In this document: in pieces, positions 1 through 6,404 of the stretch | How the letters are laid out: every line of letters starts with the position of its first letter | How positions within the stretch are numbered: position 1 is the stretch's first letter | Source of the DNA: Candidatus Woesearchaeota archaeon | Lineage (GTDB): Archaea > Nanobdellota > Nanobdellia > SCGC-AAA011-G17 > UBA489 | Direction: 5' to 3' | DNA length: 43,899 bases | Assembly: GCA_964374125.1 (NCBI GenBank) | Contig: CAYJXL010000002.1 | Location: 1 to 43,899, forward strand | Notes under the pieces: model-generated | What the model saw: the letters and a program-made list of their open reading frames with translations, nothing else | Database searches by the model: none | Told to the model about the DNA's origin: nothing | Program-made: the position numbers and the translations under genes

Positions 1-50
1 AGAGCATAAAGAGCAAGGATAAAAAGCTATCACCCATTAACTTCCTCGGT

Positions 51-245
51 CTACCCTTCAGTTCGATAGACAACTTTCAGCAGCCTGCCTGACGGCGGTA
101 TTCGTGCAATCGCATTCCAAACGCCTTTCCATGTTCGATCGCGCTGCCTTTCCGAGACAACGACGCAATACTCAACCATATCATCCGTGATACCCGGTCG
201 CTTGCGTCGTTTTCGAAACCAATAAAGCGTGCTTTCAATTGGCAT
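51..245 (-). CDS. small basic hypothetical protein, possibly a toxin-like (DUF4258/RelE-superfamily-like) fragment; tentative
   Basis: 64-aa ORF. The stretch '..RPGITDDMVEYCV..LLKVVYRTEG' resembles short nuclease-toxin families by eye only. Its stop codon (51-53) abuts the 54-bp repeat shared with the right window end. Confidence 0.3.
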   Translation of the reverse strand: MPIESTLYWFRKRRKRPGITDDMVEYCVVVSERQRDRTWKGVWNAIARIPPSGRLLKVVYRTEG

Positions 246-330
246 AACTTAAAGAAAAACTCAATCTGGCTCTGTTAGAAGAGCTGTGCAGAAAGCTTAA
301 TATAGATGCAAATCATAAAAGATTCATCCA

Positions 331-489
331 ATGAAGCTGCCAAAGAAGGTTAACCTTAAAGCCCTTGAAGAGTTTAAGAAAAAGAACTTTGAAGAGCGGA
401 TCAATTTTATCGATCAGTATGTGGAATGGGTCAAAAAAACCCCCAATAAAGTCTGGTCAAAGCAGCAGAAAGATTTGGAGGCGAAGTAG
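331..489 (+). CDS. small hypothetical protein (52 aa, below the ORF-track cutoff)
   Basis: My translation from the ATG at 331 gives MKLPKKVNLKALEEFKKKNFEERINFIDQYVEWVKKTPNKVWSKQQKDLEAK, ending at TAG 487-489. A TATA-like 'ttaatata' lies at 297-304, about 30 nt upstream. Confidence 0.4.
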   Translation: MKLPKKVNLKALEEFKKKNFEERINFIDQYVEWVKKTPNKVWSKQQKDLEAK

Positions 490-506
490 CATGCTTCTAA
501 CAAACC

Positions 507-803
507 ATGGCAGTGGTTGAAATTTTTAAGTGTGCGGGCTGTGGCAGAGAGCACCAAAGCAAGATATACGAAAACGCTTCGGAAGCTATTGCAGATGAGT
601 TTACAGAGGGTTTCTTTGCGCCAATCTGGGACAAGCTTAAAGAACAAGCTAAAAGAAAATCACTGGAAGAATTTTGTAAAGAGATCATGTTCTATGCCGT
701 GTACAACTATCACCGAAACAAGCGGCGGATCAGAATTACGAGAGGTAGTATCGCAACGCCGGACAAATCAGACAAAGGATTAGAGAAAGCGAAAGATGGC
801 TGA
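507..803 (+). CDS. hypothetical protein with an N-terminal CxxC (KCAGCG) motif
   Basis: 98-aa ORF lying 18 nt after the preceding small ORF. It is charged and Lys-rich. I recognise no family. Confidence 0.45.
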   Translation: MAVVEIFKCAGCGREHQSKIYENASEAIADEFTEGFFAPIWDKLKEQAKRKSLEEFCKEIMFYAVYNYHRNKRRIRITRGSIATPDKSDKGLEKAKDG

Positions 804-907
804 AAAAGATAACAACCGCAGGGAATACGAAGAAAGAATCGTGTAATGGCTCGGAGAAGACTTTGATCCTGAAGCTTTTGATATTGAAAAAATAAATAAA
901 AGACTGG

Positions 908-1843
908 ATGTCAAAAAACAGAGGGACTATGAAAGAAGACGTACAGCTAATCAAGCTCTTGGCGCCGGACAACGAAAAAGTAAAGGAATTAAAATCAATC
1001 TTCAAGAAAGAAGCAGACTACGCGGGGATACTTGGGCCGATAGAGTATACAATCGCCTCATATTACAAAGAAAATAAGAAACTAAGAGACCATGACGTGG
1101 CCAAAGCCGTCAAGGACATAAAGTTAAATCTCGATCAAGGATTTAAGGATGTTAAGGATCCAATTGAACAAGAGATCTTTGGCGCTGCTTACTATGCGCT
1201 CCAAAAGAAAAAAATCACAAAGCACGAGTTCCTGCTCGTTCTCAGCTACATCACTTGGAGCATTGATAACAGAAGATGGATCCCAGACGCGAGAGCTTAT
1301 CTCAATTGGCTCCTTGCGTTCTTCGGCATGTCGAACAAAAAAGAAGAAAAAGAATTTGAGAGACAATATGATGAACTCGGAGCGATGTTATGTATTGATA
1401 AAGATAGGCTCAATGTTATGAAGTGTGATTACAGCAATGTCCCTAAGCAGAGCGAAGAAGCAGAAGAGTGGAACAAAGAAAACAGCGAATACTTTGCGAT
1501 GTCAGATGGGGAAAAATACAAGTATCTGCTTGCCTGCAAGGAAGACCCTGGTTGCGAATTTGCCAACATCGGCCTAGAGCTTGAGAAGAAAGGCGAATTC
1601 AAGAAGGCAAAAAAGCTCTATAAACGGGCGATACGGTTGTATCCGGACGACCATGATGGATACTCTCACTTGGGTATGCTCTACAAGAAGATGAAGAAGT
1701 ATGCGCGTGCTGCAGCTAATCTGAGTGCTGCGCTTGAACTGGCGCAGAAACTAAAGGATGAAGACCCGACGTACATCAATCAGGAAGTAATCGACGAGAT
1801 AGAAAAAGAGCTTAAGGAGATTGAAACGCTAAGGAAGAAATGA
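908..1843 (+). CDS. hypothetical protein with C-terminal TPR-like repeats
   Basis: 311-aa ORF. The C-terminal stretch 'GEFKKAKKLYKRAIRLYPDDHDGYSHLGMLYKKMKKYARAAANLSAALELA' fits the TPR consensus. I do not recognise the N-terminal 200 aa. Confidence 0.6.
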   Translation: MSKNRGTMKEDVQLIKLLAPDNEKVKELKSIFKKEADYAGILGPIEYTIASYYKENKKLRDHDVAKAVKDIKLNLDQGFKDVKDPIEQEIFGAAYYALQKKKITKHEFLLVLSYITWSIDNRRWIPDARAYLNWLLAFFGMSNKKEEKEFERQYDELGAMLCIDKDRLNVMKCDYSNVPKQSEEAEEWNKENSEYFAMSDGEKYKYLLACKEDPGCEFANIGLELEKKGEFKKAKKLYKRAIRLYPDDHDGYSHLGMLYKKMKKYARAAANLSAALELAQKLKDEDPTYINQEVIDEIEKELKEIETLRKK

Positions 1844-1899
1844 GCCGCCGCCCAAAGGATGAGACATTTCCGTCGTTTATCCGAAGAAGCCCGAAGAGA

Positions 1900-2154
1900 T
1901 TATCCAAAGCGCCTTGCAAGATCACGCATGACCTTCTCACCAGCTTCATGTAGCGCTTCATCAGTTGTTTTGCGTTTTGATGAGCCTGCAATCTTTTCGA
2001 TATGCCTCAGCATGGCTTCTTTTTCAAGCTCTGAAAGCTTCTCTCTGATGGCATCACGAACGAATTCGCTTCTTGTGCTATAGCGGTGATCCTGAATTGT
2101 CCGATCTATCTCGCGAAGGATCTTTCCATCGATTTTTAAATTGAGAACTTCCAT
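1900..2154 (-). CDS. ribbon-helix-helix (CopG/MetJ-type) DNA-binding protein
   Basis: 'MEVLNLKIDGKILREIDRTIQDHRYSTRSEFVRDAIREKL' is a classic RHH pattern (beta strand, helix, helix). I moved the start to Met10 (ATG at 2154) because a TATA box sits about 30 nt upstream of it. Confidence 0.75.
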   Translation of the reverse strand: MEVLNLKIDGKILREIDRTIQDHRYSTRSEFVRDAIREKLSELEKEAMLRHIEKIAGSSKRKTTDEALHEAGEKVMRDLARRFG

Positions 2155-2180
2155 GGTAATACTTTGTATATACGAACTCA

Positions 2181-2189
2181 TTTATATAG
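2181..2189 (-). promoter_or_regulatory. TATA box (ctatataaa on the minus strand) for the RHH gene
   Basis: Centred about 31 nt upstream of the ATG at 2154. This matches the leaderless pattern seen throughout the window. Confidence 0.45.
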
Positions 2190-2383
2190 TTTACTCGTCT
2201 CCACCCATCAAATCCATCGTCGAACAATGAATCAAAGAAACATTCGAAGGTCCAGCATCAATGCTAACGTTCCTTGCCAAGAAATCCATTAATCTAAAAA
2301 ATCTTTCAACTTCTCCGCAATCTCTCCAGAAAGATAATCTCTATATCAAAAACAATAATCACTCTTCAACCCCTCGCAGGAAC

Positions 2384-2391
2384 TATATAAA
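2384..2391 (+). promoter_or_regulatory. TATA box (tatataaa) for the LAGLIDADG-like gene
   Basis: Centred about 25 nt upstream of the ATG at 2413. Confidence 0.45.
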
Positions 2392-2412
2392 GAAAAAATT
2401 CTCAACAACGGA

Positions 2413-3432
2413 ATGAACGAAACAATTGATCTTCTTCAGTACCTTCCAACAGACATCATAACGCAAGAAGAAAGGAAATACCCATTGCACGTACAACACG
2501 ACGAAATCTCGATAGGCCTAAGTTACCAAGCACCGTTGCATAATCAAACAGGCGAATGCGGCACGCAAGAGTTCTCCTGCACTATACCTCGCTACATAGC
2601 AAAGAATGAGCGTACCTTCGAAGTGCTCGATCTTCTGCAGGCAGAGATGGGAAAGACACAGAATGGAACCCTATCATTCTCAAATTGTGAACCGAAGATT
2701 ATCAACGCAGTTATGCGGTGGTTCGACCAAGAAGGATTGCTAGATAAAAATAAATGGCGATGGAGTACTAAGGTTAATATTAATGAACCGATAGATCAAG
2801 CCCGCAAGACCAAAATAGAGGGGGATTGCACTGACTATTGGCTTAGCAAGACGAAAGTAACAAAAGAACAAGCGTATCCTAAAAGAGTAACTTACGTAAA
2901 ACAATCACCACACAAAGAACCGCAAAACAAAGGAACGCTGGTTCTAGAGTACAGAAACAACCTCTTTAGCCAGGTTATCAAAAATTTAGTAAGGAAGGTA
3001 ACCTACGAACAGATTACAAACGAACAACCGGAGCTCATCAGAGGTTATATGCGAGGGATTATCGCTGGTGAGGCATGCGTTAATGACGACCCAAAAAGCA
3101 GGCATTTCACAGTGCATATATCTGCTACAAAGCCTGAAGAAAGAGCGATTTATAAGAACTGCTTAGAAAATATCGGCTTAGAGGCAAAGATTTATAGCAA
3201 CTACAAAGAGATGTTAATCTCCAGATTAAAAAATCTTATCCAACTATTGAATCTACGATTAATGACTCTCAGCCCACGCAAATATGCAAAATTCCTCTAC
3301 ATGATGCAAAGGTATTCCGATATAAAAGAAAAAACAGGTTACTTCATGGGGGAGAAAAAGGGCATATGGAACAAGCACCCTCAAGAGAAAATCGATAAGA
3401 TCATCGAGCTATACAAAAGTGGGATAACCTGA
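2413..3432 (+). CDS. LAGLIDADG-like (homing-endonuclease fold) protein that ends inside an HTH module
   Basis: 339 aa. 'LIRGYMRGIIAGEACVNDD...HISATKPEERAIYKNCLENIGLEAKIY..ISRLKNLIQLL' looks like a LAGLIDADG motif plus its beta-sheet scaffold. A weaker first pseudo-domain lies around 'LDLLQAEMGKTQNGTLSFSN'. The TGA at 3430-3432 cuts an HTH repeat in half. Confidence 0.55.
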   Translation: MNETIDLLQYLPTDIITQEERKYPLHVQHDEISIGLSYQAPLHNQTGECGTQEFSCTIPRYIAKNERTFEVLDLLQAEMGKTQNGTLSFSNCEPKIINAVMRWFDQEGLLDKNKWRWSTKVNINEPIDQARKTKIEGDCTDYWLSKTKVTKEQAYPKRVTYVKQSPHKEPQNKGTLVLEYRNNLFSQVIKNLVRKVTYEQITNEQPELIRGYMRGIIAGEACVNDDPKSRHFTVHISATKPEERAIYKNCLENIGLEAKIYSNYKEMLISRLKNLIQLLNLRLMTLSPRKYAKFLYMMQRYSDIKEKTGYFMGEKKGIWNKHPQEKIDKIIELYKSGIT

Positions 3433-3519
3433 ACCGAAGACATAGCAAATCATGTAGGTGTCAGTACAATCAAAGTAAGCAGAGTGCTAAGAGAAAGCAA
3501 TTTGCGTAAAAAAAATTAG
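3433..3519 (+). other. in-frame post-TGA extension encoding the recognition half of the interrupted HTH module
   Basis: In the frame of 2413, 3433-3516 reads TEDIANHVGVSTIKVSRVLRESNLRKKN and ends at TAG 3517-3519. It completes '...KIDKIIELYKSGIT' into a module matching the two HTH repeats of the next ORF. Confidence 0.5.
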
Positions 3520-3911
3520 TGAACTACAGCGAAGAAATCAAACAAAAGATCATAGCGTATATAAAAGATGATCCAACAATGTCGAACGAACAAGTTGCAA
3601 AAGTATTCAATATAAGCAGATCAGCAATACAACGAGTACGTACAAAATACCACTGTAGGAGACCACGAAATACAATTAAAACACCACAAGAAAAAGTTGA
3701 TCGTATCATTCAGATATATCGACAAAACCCAACAGCGAAACTGAAAGATATTGCGTATGAAGTTGGCGTAAGTGATAATGTCGTGTCAAACGTTCGAAAG
3801 AGATACGGTTTAACGCATCTAGGGTACATGCATATTATCGGAAATAACAATCGAAAATATAAACAACAAAATAAAAATAAACTGCTCAATAAAGATAAGT
3901 CAAAAGTTTAG
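3519..3911 (+). CDS. tandem helix-turn-helix protein (two HTH repeats)
   Basis: 130 aa with a GTG start. The repeats are 'EEIKQKIIAYIKDDPTMSNEQVAKVFNISRSAIQRVRTKY' and 'QEKVDRIIQIYRQNPTAKLKDIAYEVGVSDNVVSNVRKRYGL'. The GTG overlaps the upstream TAG by 1 nt, directly after an A8 run. Confidence 0.55.
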   Translation: MNYSEEIKQKIIAYIKDDPTMSNEQVAKVFNISRSAIQRVRTKYHCRRPRNTIKTPQEKVDRIIQIYRQNPTAKLKDIAYEVGVSDNVVSNVRKRYGLTHLGYMHIIGNNNRKYKQQNKNKLLNKDKSKV

Positions 3912-3931
3912 GAAACGAGATAAGCCTGCGA

Positions 3932-4336
3932 TCATCTATAAGATTTTTGTCGTGCTTTCCGCGGCTTAGAATCATTCGGTTTGTGAGGTTCGTTCACACG
4001 ACTGTCGTCCACGATAAGATGCCGATCGTAGCTCAAAAAGTCTTGTCTCAATTGCTTGTTCTTCGTAAATTCAACCAACGCTTTTGCAACACATCCTCTC
4101 GCAGCTTCCGCTTGCGCGTGCCATCCGCCGCCAAAGACATTGATGTCGACATTGATCTTCTTTGCGTAATCGCCTGCAATCTCCAAAGGTTCTTGTACCA
4201 ACAGCCGCGCCATCTTCGGCCCATACGTATCAAGCAGCTGATGGTTAATCCGAATGAACCCCTGTCCATCCCGCAACGTCGCTCTCGCTATCGCCCTCTT
4301 CCGTCGTGATGATACATGAACAATCTTAGTTGCCAT
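3932..4336 (-). CDS. rps9: 30S ribosomal protein uS9
   Basis: 'SSRRKRAIARATLRDGQGFIRINH...GGGWHAQAEAARGCVAKAL...DSRVNEPHKPN..KARQKSYR' is the canonical uS9 pattern, including the C-terminal ..SYR. Confidence 0.95.
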   Translation of the reverse strand: MATKIVHVSSRRKRAIARATLRDGQGFIRINHQLLDTYGPKMARLLVQEPLEIAGDYAKKINVDINVFGGGWHAQAEAARGCVAKALVEFTKNKQLRQDFLSYDRHLIVDDSRVNEPHKPNDSKPRKARQKSYR

Positions 4337-4685
4337 AGATTACTGGCCTCTTCATCTGTTTTTTCTCGTGCACTGCTATTGGAACTCCAGGAGTACAAAT
4401 ATCTTCGGCCATCATCACGGGGATAAACAAATAATCTTCTCTTCTTCGTCTTGTCAGGCGATACTTATTATTGACAATTCCAATCTGCCGCTGTTCATGC
4501 ATAACGTCCAAATAATGAACAATAGCGAGATTAGTAAGACTAATTCCAGCTCTTGCGGCTAACGCTTGTGCTCCACTAACAACCTCGGAAAGCGTTGGGC
4601 TTCTCCCCTCCATCCTCCGAACAGCTTGGACAGCAACTGAAATATACAGCGTCAAGTTCATTTCACGAAGATCATTCTCATCCAT
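4326..4685 (-). CDS. hypothetical protein inserted between rpl13 and rps9 (possibly a winged-helix fold)
   Basis: The ORF fills the 351-nt rpl13-rps9 gap. With Met10 (MDENDL..) as start it begins 2 nt after the rpl13 stop. It overlaps the rps9 start by 11 nt. I recognise no family. Confidence 0.45.
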   Translation of the reverse strand: MDENDLREMNLTLYISVAVQAVRRMEGRSPTLSEVVSGAQALAARAGISLTNLAIVHYLDVMHEQRQIGIVNNKYRLTRRRREDYLFIPVMMAEDICTPGVPIAVHEKKQMKRPVIYGN

Positions 4686-4687
4686 TG

Positions 4688-5110
4688 TTAATTCCTCCCC
4701 AGGTGGAAACATAATTCCTGTAATGTCATGTATTTTAAGCTTTGCGTCTTGCTGACATTCGCCCCAGCAACAGTAGCAAGCGTCTTCCCCTCAAATTCTT
4801 TTGGAACGCCGACATAGCACATAACTCGCTGCAGTGCTGTTTTGCCCTTAAATTGCCTGTACGGCAACATCCCGCGAATGACGCGCTTCAAGAACCGATG
4901 CTCCTGTCTGTAAACAAACGGCCCAGTCTTGGGCATCCCCCGCTCCAGTCGGTGCTTGTAATGATCCAAGAGCGGTCTTCTGTTCCCTGTAATGACTGCA
5001 TGTTCGCTGTTCACAATCACAATCGCATCGCCAAGCAACGCCCTCTTCGCCGCATAGCTCGCAAGCCGTCCAACAACCAAGTTCGTCGCGTCAATGATCA
5101 TATTAGCCAA
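4688..5110 (-). CDS. rpl13: 50S ribosomal protein uL13
   Basis: 'MIIDATNLVVGRLASYAAKRALLGDAIVIVNSEHAVITG...' is the typical archaeal uL13 N-terminus. 140 aa. Confidence 0.95.
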   Translation of the reverse strand: MANMIIDATNLVVGRLASYAAKRALLGDAIVIVNSEHAVITGNRRPLLDHYKHRLERGMPKTGPFVYRQEHRFLKRVIRGMLPYRQFKGKTALQRVMCYVGVPKEFEGKTLATVAGANVSKTQSLKYMTLQELCFHLGRN

Positions 5111-5465
5111 CGATCCTCACCCCTTTGCCTGTGGGATTCTCTTTGAGCAACGCTAATAACGTAATCGCCTTGCCTGTTTTGTTAATGCTCGCAAGCGCAC
5201 CGTCAGAGAACTTCCACGCTGCCACTGTAATCTTCCGCTCGAGAACATCATTCCCCAAGACTTTTCCAGGCACGACAATGAGCTCTTTGTCTCGACACAC
5301 CTTGTTTAGATCTCTAATGGTAACCTCACGCCTGATTCTCGTGGGCCGTTCCAAATCAGAAGCCACTCTTCTCCAGATCTCGACCTTATGCTGAGCGCTC
5401 GCTACTTGCAACATCTTGATCATCTCCTGTAGTCTTGGATTCGTAGGGCCTGTTCGTACTGCCAT
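5103..5465 (-). CDS. rpl18e: 50S ribosomal protein eL18 (L18e)
   Basis: 'MAVRTGPTNPRLQEMIKML...RPTRIRREV..LNKV...VVPGKVLG' matches L18e, a family found only in archaea and eukaryotes. Start set at Met8 (ATG at 5465). Confidence 0.9.
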   Translation of the reverse strand: MAVRTGPTNPRLQEMIKMLQVASAQHKVEIWRRVASDLERPTRIRREVTIRDLNKVCRDKELIVVPGKVLGNDVLERKITVAAWKFSDGALASINKTGKAITLLALLKENPTGKGVRIVG

Positions 5466-5619
5466 GGTAAAACGCTGAAGAATCATCGCTACTGGACGCG
5501 TGAGCTCGCAGCGTATCTTTTGCTTCGAATGAAAGCTTTATAAAAGCATCGATTCCTCAGCAGGCAAAAATGTATACACAAGACTGATTCCATTTAAAGT
5601 ATTTAGCATAGGGTACGTT

Positions 5620-5988
5620 TTATTCAAGTGGTATGCGCTTCAGACCGATGCGATCATAAACACGATCGGAACTAAGTATCTCATCGCCTTGCGCGAAGGC
5701 CGCATGCAATGCGTCAAAGGTATGCAGCTTGTTCTCCTGCATGAAGTGAGCCGCAAGCAATAGTTTCGTCCGATCCGCACCACGAACCTCCGCAATCTCA
5801 GTCACGTCCATAACAATACGTTCTGGATCAAGTTGCATGCGTTCTGACAAGAGAAGCATCTCGATGACGGTGACAACAGATGTCCAAAGTCTATCTCGAT
5901 GCTGTTCAAAAAGACGTTTCGCTGAACTCTTCAACCAATCAGTCGTCTTGATAAGTGCAAGGAAGAAATCAGTATCAGCATACGTCAC
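5620..5988 (-). CDS. vapC: PIN-domain ribonuclease toxin (VapC family)
   Basis: 122 aa. The acidic residues fall in PIN positions ('YADTDFF', 'VIEML', 'TFDALHAA', 'LSSD'). It overlaps the upstream AbrB-like gene by 4 nt. Confidence 0.75.
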   Translation of the reverse strand: MTYADTDFFLALIKTTDWLKSSAKRLFEQHRDRLWTSVVTVIEMLLLSERMQLDPERIVMDVTEIAEVRGADRTKLLLAAHFMQENKLHTFDALHAAFAQGDEILSSDRVYDRIGLKRIPLE

Positions 5989-6221
5989 GCTCTCACCTGG
6001 TAAAGTGCAGTCTCTCGAATCAATTTCTTAAGGCGCTTGAGAGAGAGCTTCCGTGCTTTGCCAGCGACTTCCTGAAGATCCTTTACAGGATCCTTAGGTA
6101 CAGGAAGAAGGACAATCTCCCCAGCTGCGGGTACTGCAATGAACCGATCGCCATATTTCTTGCGGAGTTCCTCTTTTAGATACAAGCGTCCTTTCGCATC
6201 GCATATAGTAGTAAATGTCAT
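5985..6221 (-). CDS. vapB: AbrB/SpoVT-type antitoxin (VapB family)
   Basis: 'ICDAKGRLYLKEELRKKYGDRFIAV..GEIVLLPV' is a swapped-hairpin AbrB-like motif. Start set at Met23 (ATG at 6221), which has 'tttatata' about 25 nt upstream. Confidence 0.7.
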   Translation of the reverse strand: MTFTTICDAKGRLYLKEELRKKYGDRFIAVPAAGEIVLLPVPKDPVKDLQEVAGKARKLSLKRLKKLIRETALYQVRA

Positions 6222-6325
6222 ACGATAGATGTAGTGGGGAAGTATATAAACTTTTCCCACCAATAACTGTTTGGGGTATTGGCTCAACTCAGCCTAAAGT
6301 ACGAGAGATCGGCAATTCGTAACCA

Positions 6326-6333
6326 TTATATAA
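6326..6333 (+). promoter_or_regulatory. TATA box (ttatataa) about 28 nt upstream of the orphan tRNA-Leu 5' half
   Basis: Position and sequence fit an archaeal tRNA promoter. The intact tRNA copy has no equivalent A/T-rich box at about -28. Confidence 0.5.
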
Positions 6334-6357
6334 TATTTGAACTGATTTGCATCACCC

Positions 6358-6404
6358 GCGGGAGTCGCATAGCCTGGTCAAGTGCGCTAGCTTGAGGGGC
6401 TAGT
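6358..6404 (+). repeat. orphan copy of the 5' 47 nt of tRNA-Leu(GAG) (att-like direct repeat)
   Basis: 6358-6404 is identical, base for base, to 9548-9594 (acceptor 5' strand, D-arm and the complete anticodon arm). Confidence 0.9.

Noticed and set aside
3430-3432. Genome-wide reassignment of UGA (to Gly or Trp, for example), suggested by the TGA in the middle of an HTH module.
   Set aside because: TGA terminates well-conserved genes at their canonical ends. Examples are uS9 ending ...KSYR (stop at 3932-3934) and the thiolase and sufC stops in ATGA overlaps. UGA is therefore a normal stop here, and the 3430 case is local (pseudogene, error or read-through).
4686-4712. The longer start (MFPPGEELT...) for the ORF between rpl13 and rps9.
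   Set aside because: It would overlap the rpl13 coding end by 25 nt. The internal ATG at 4685 gives a 2-nt spacing, which is typical of coupled operon genes.
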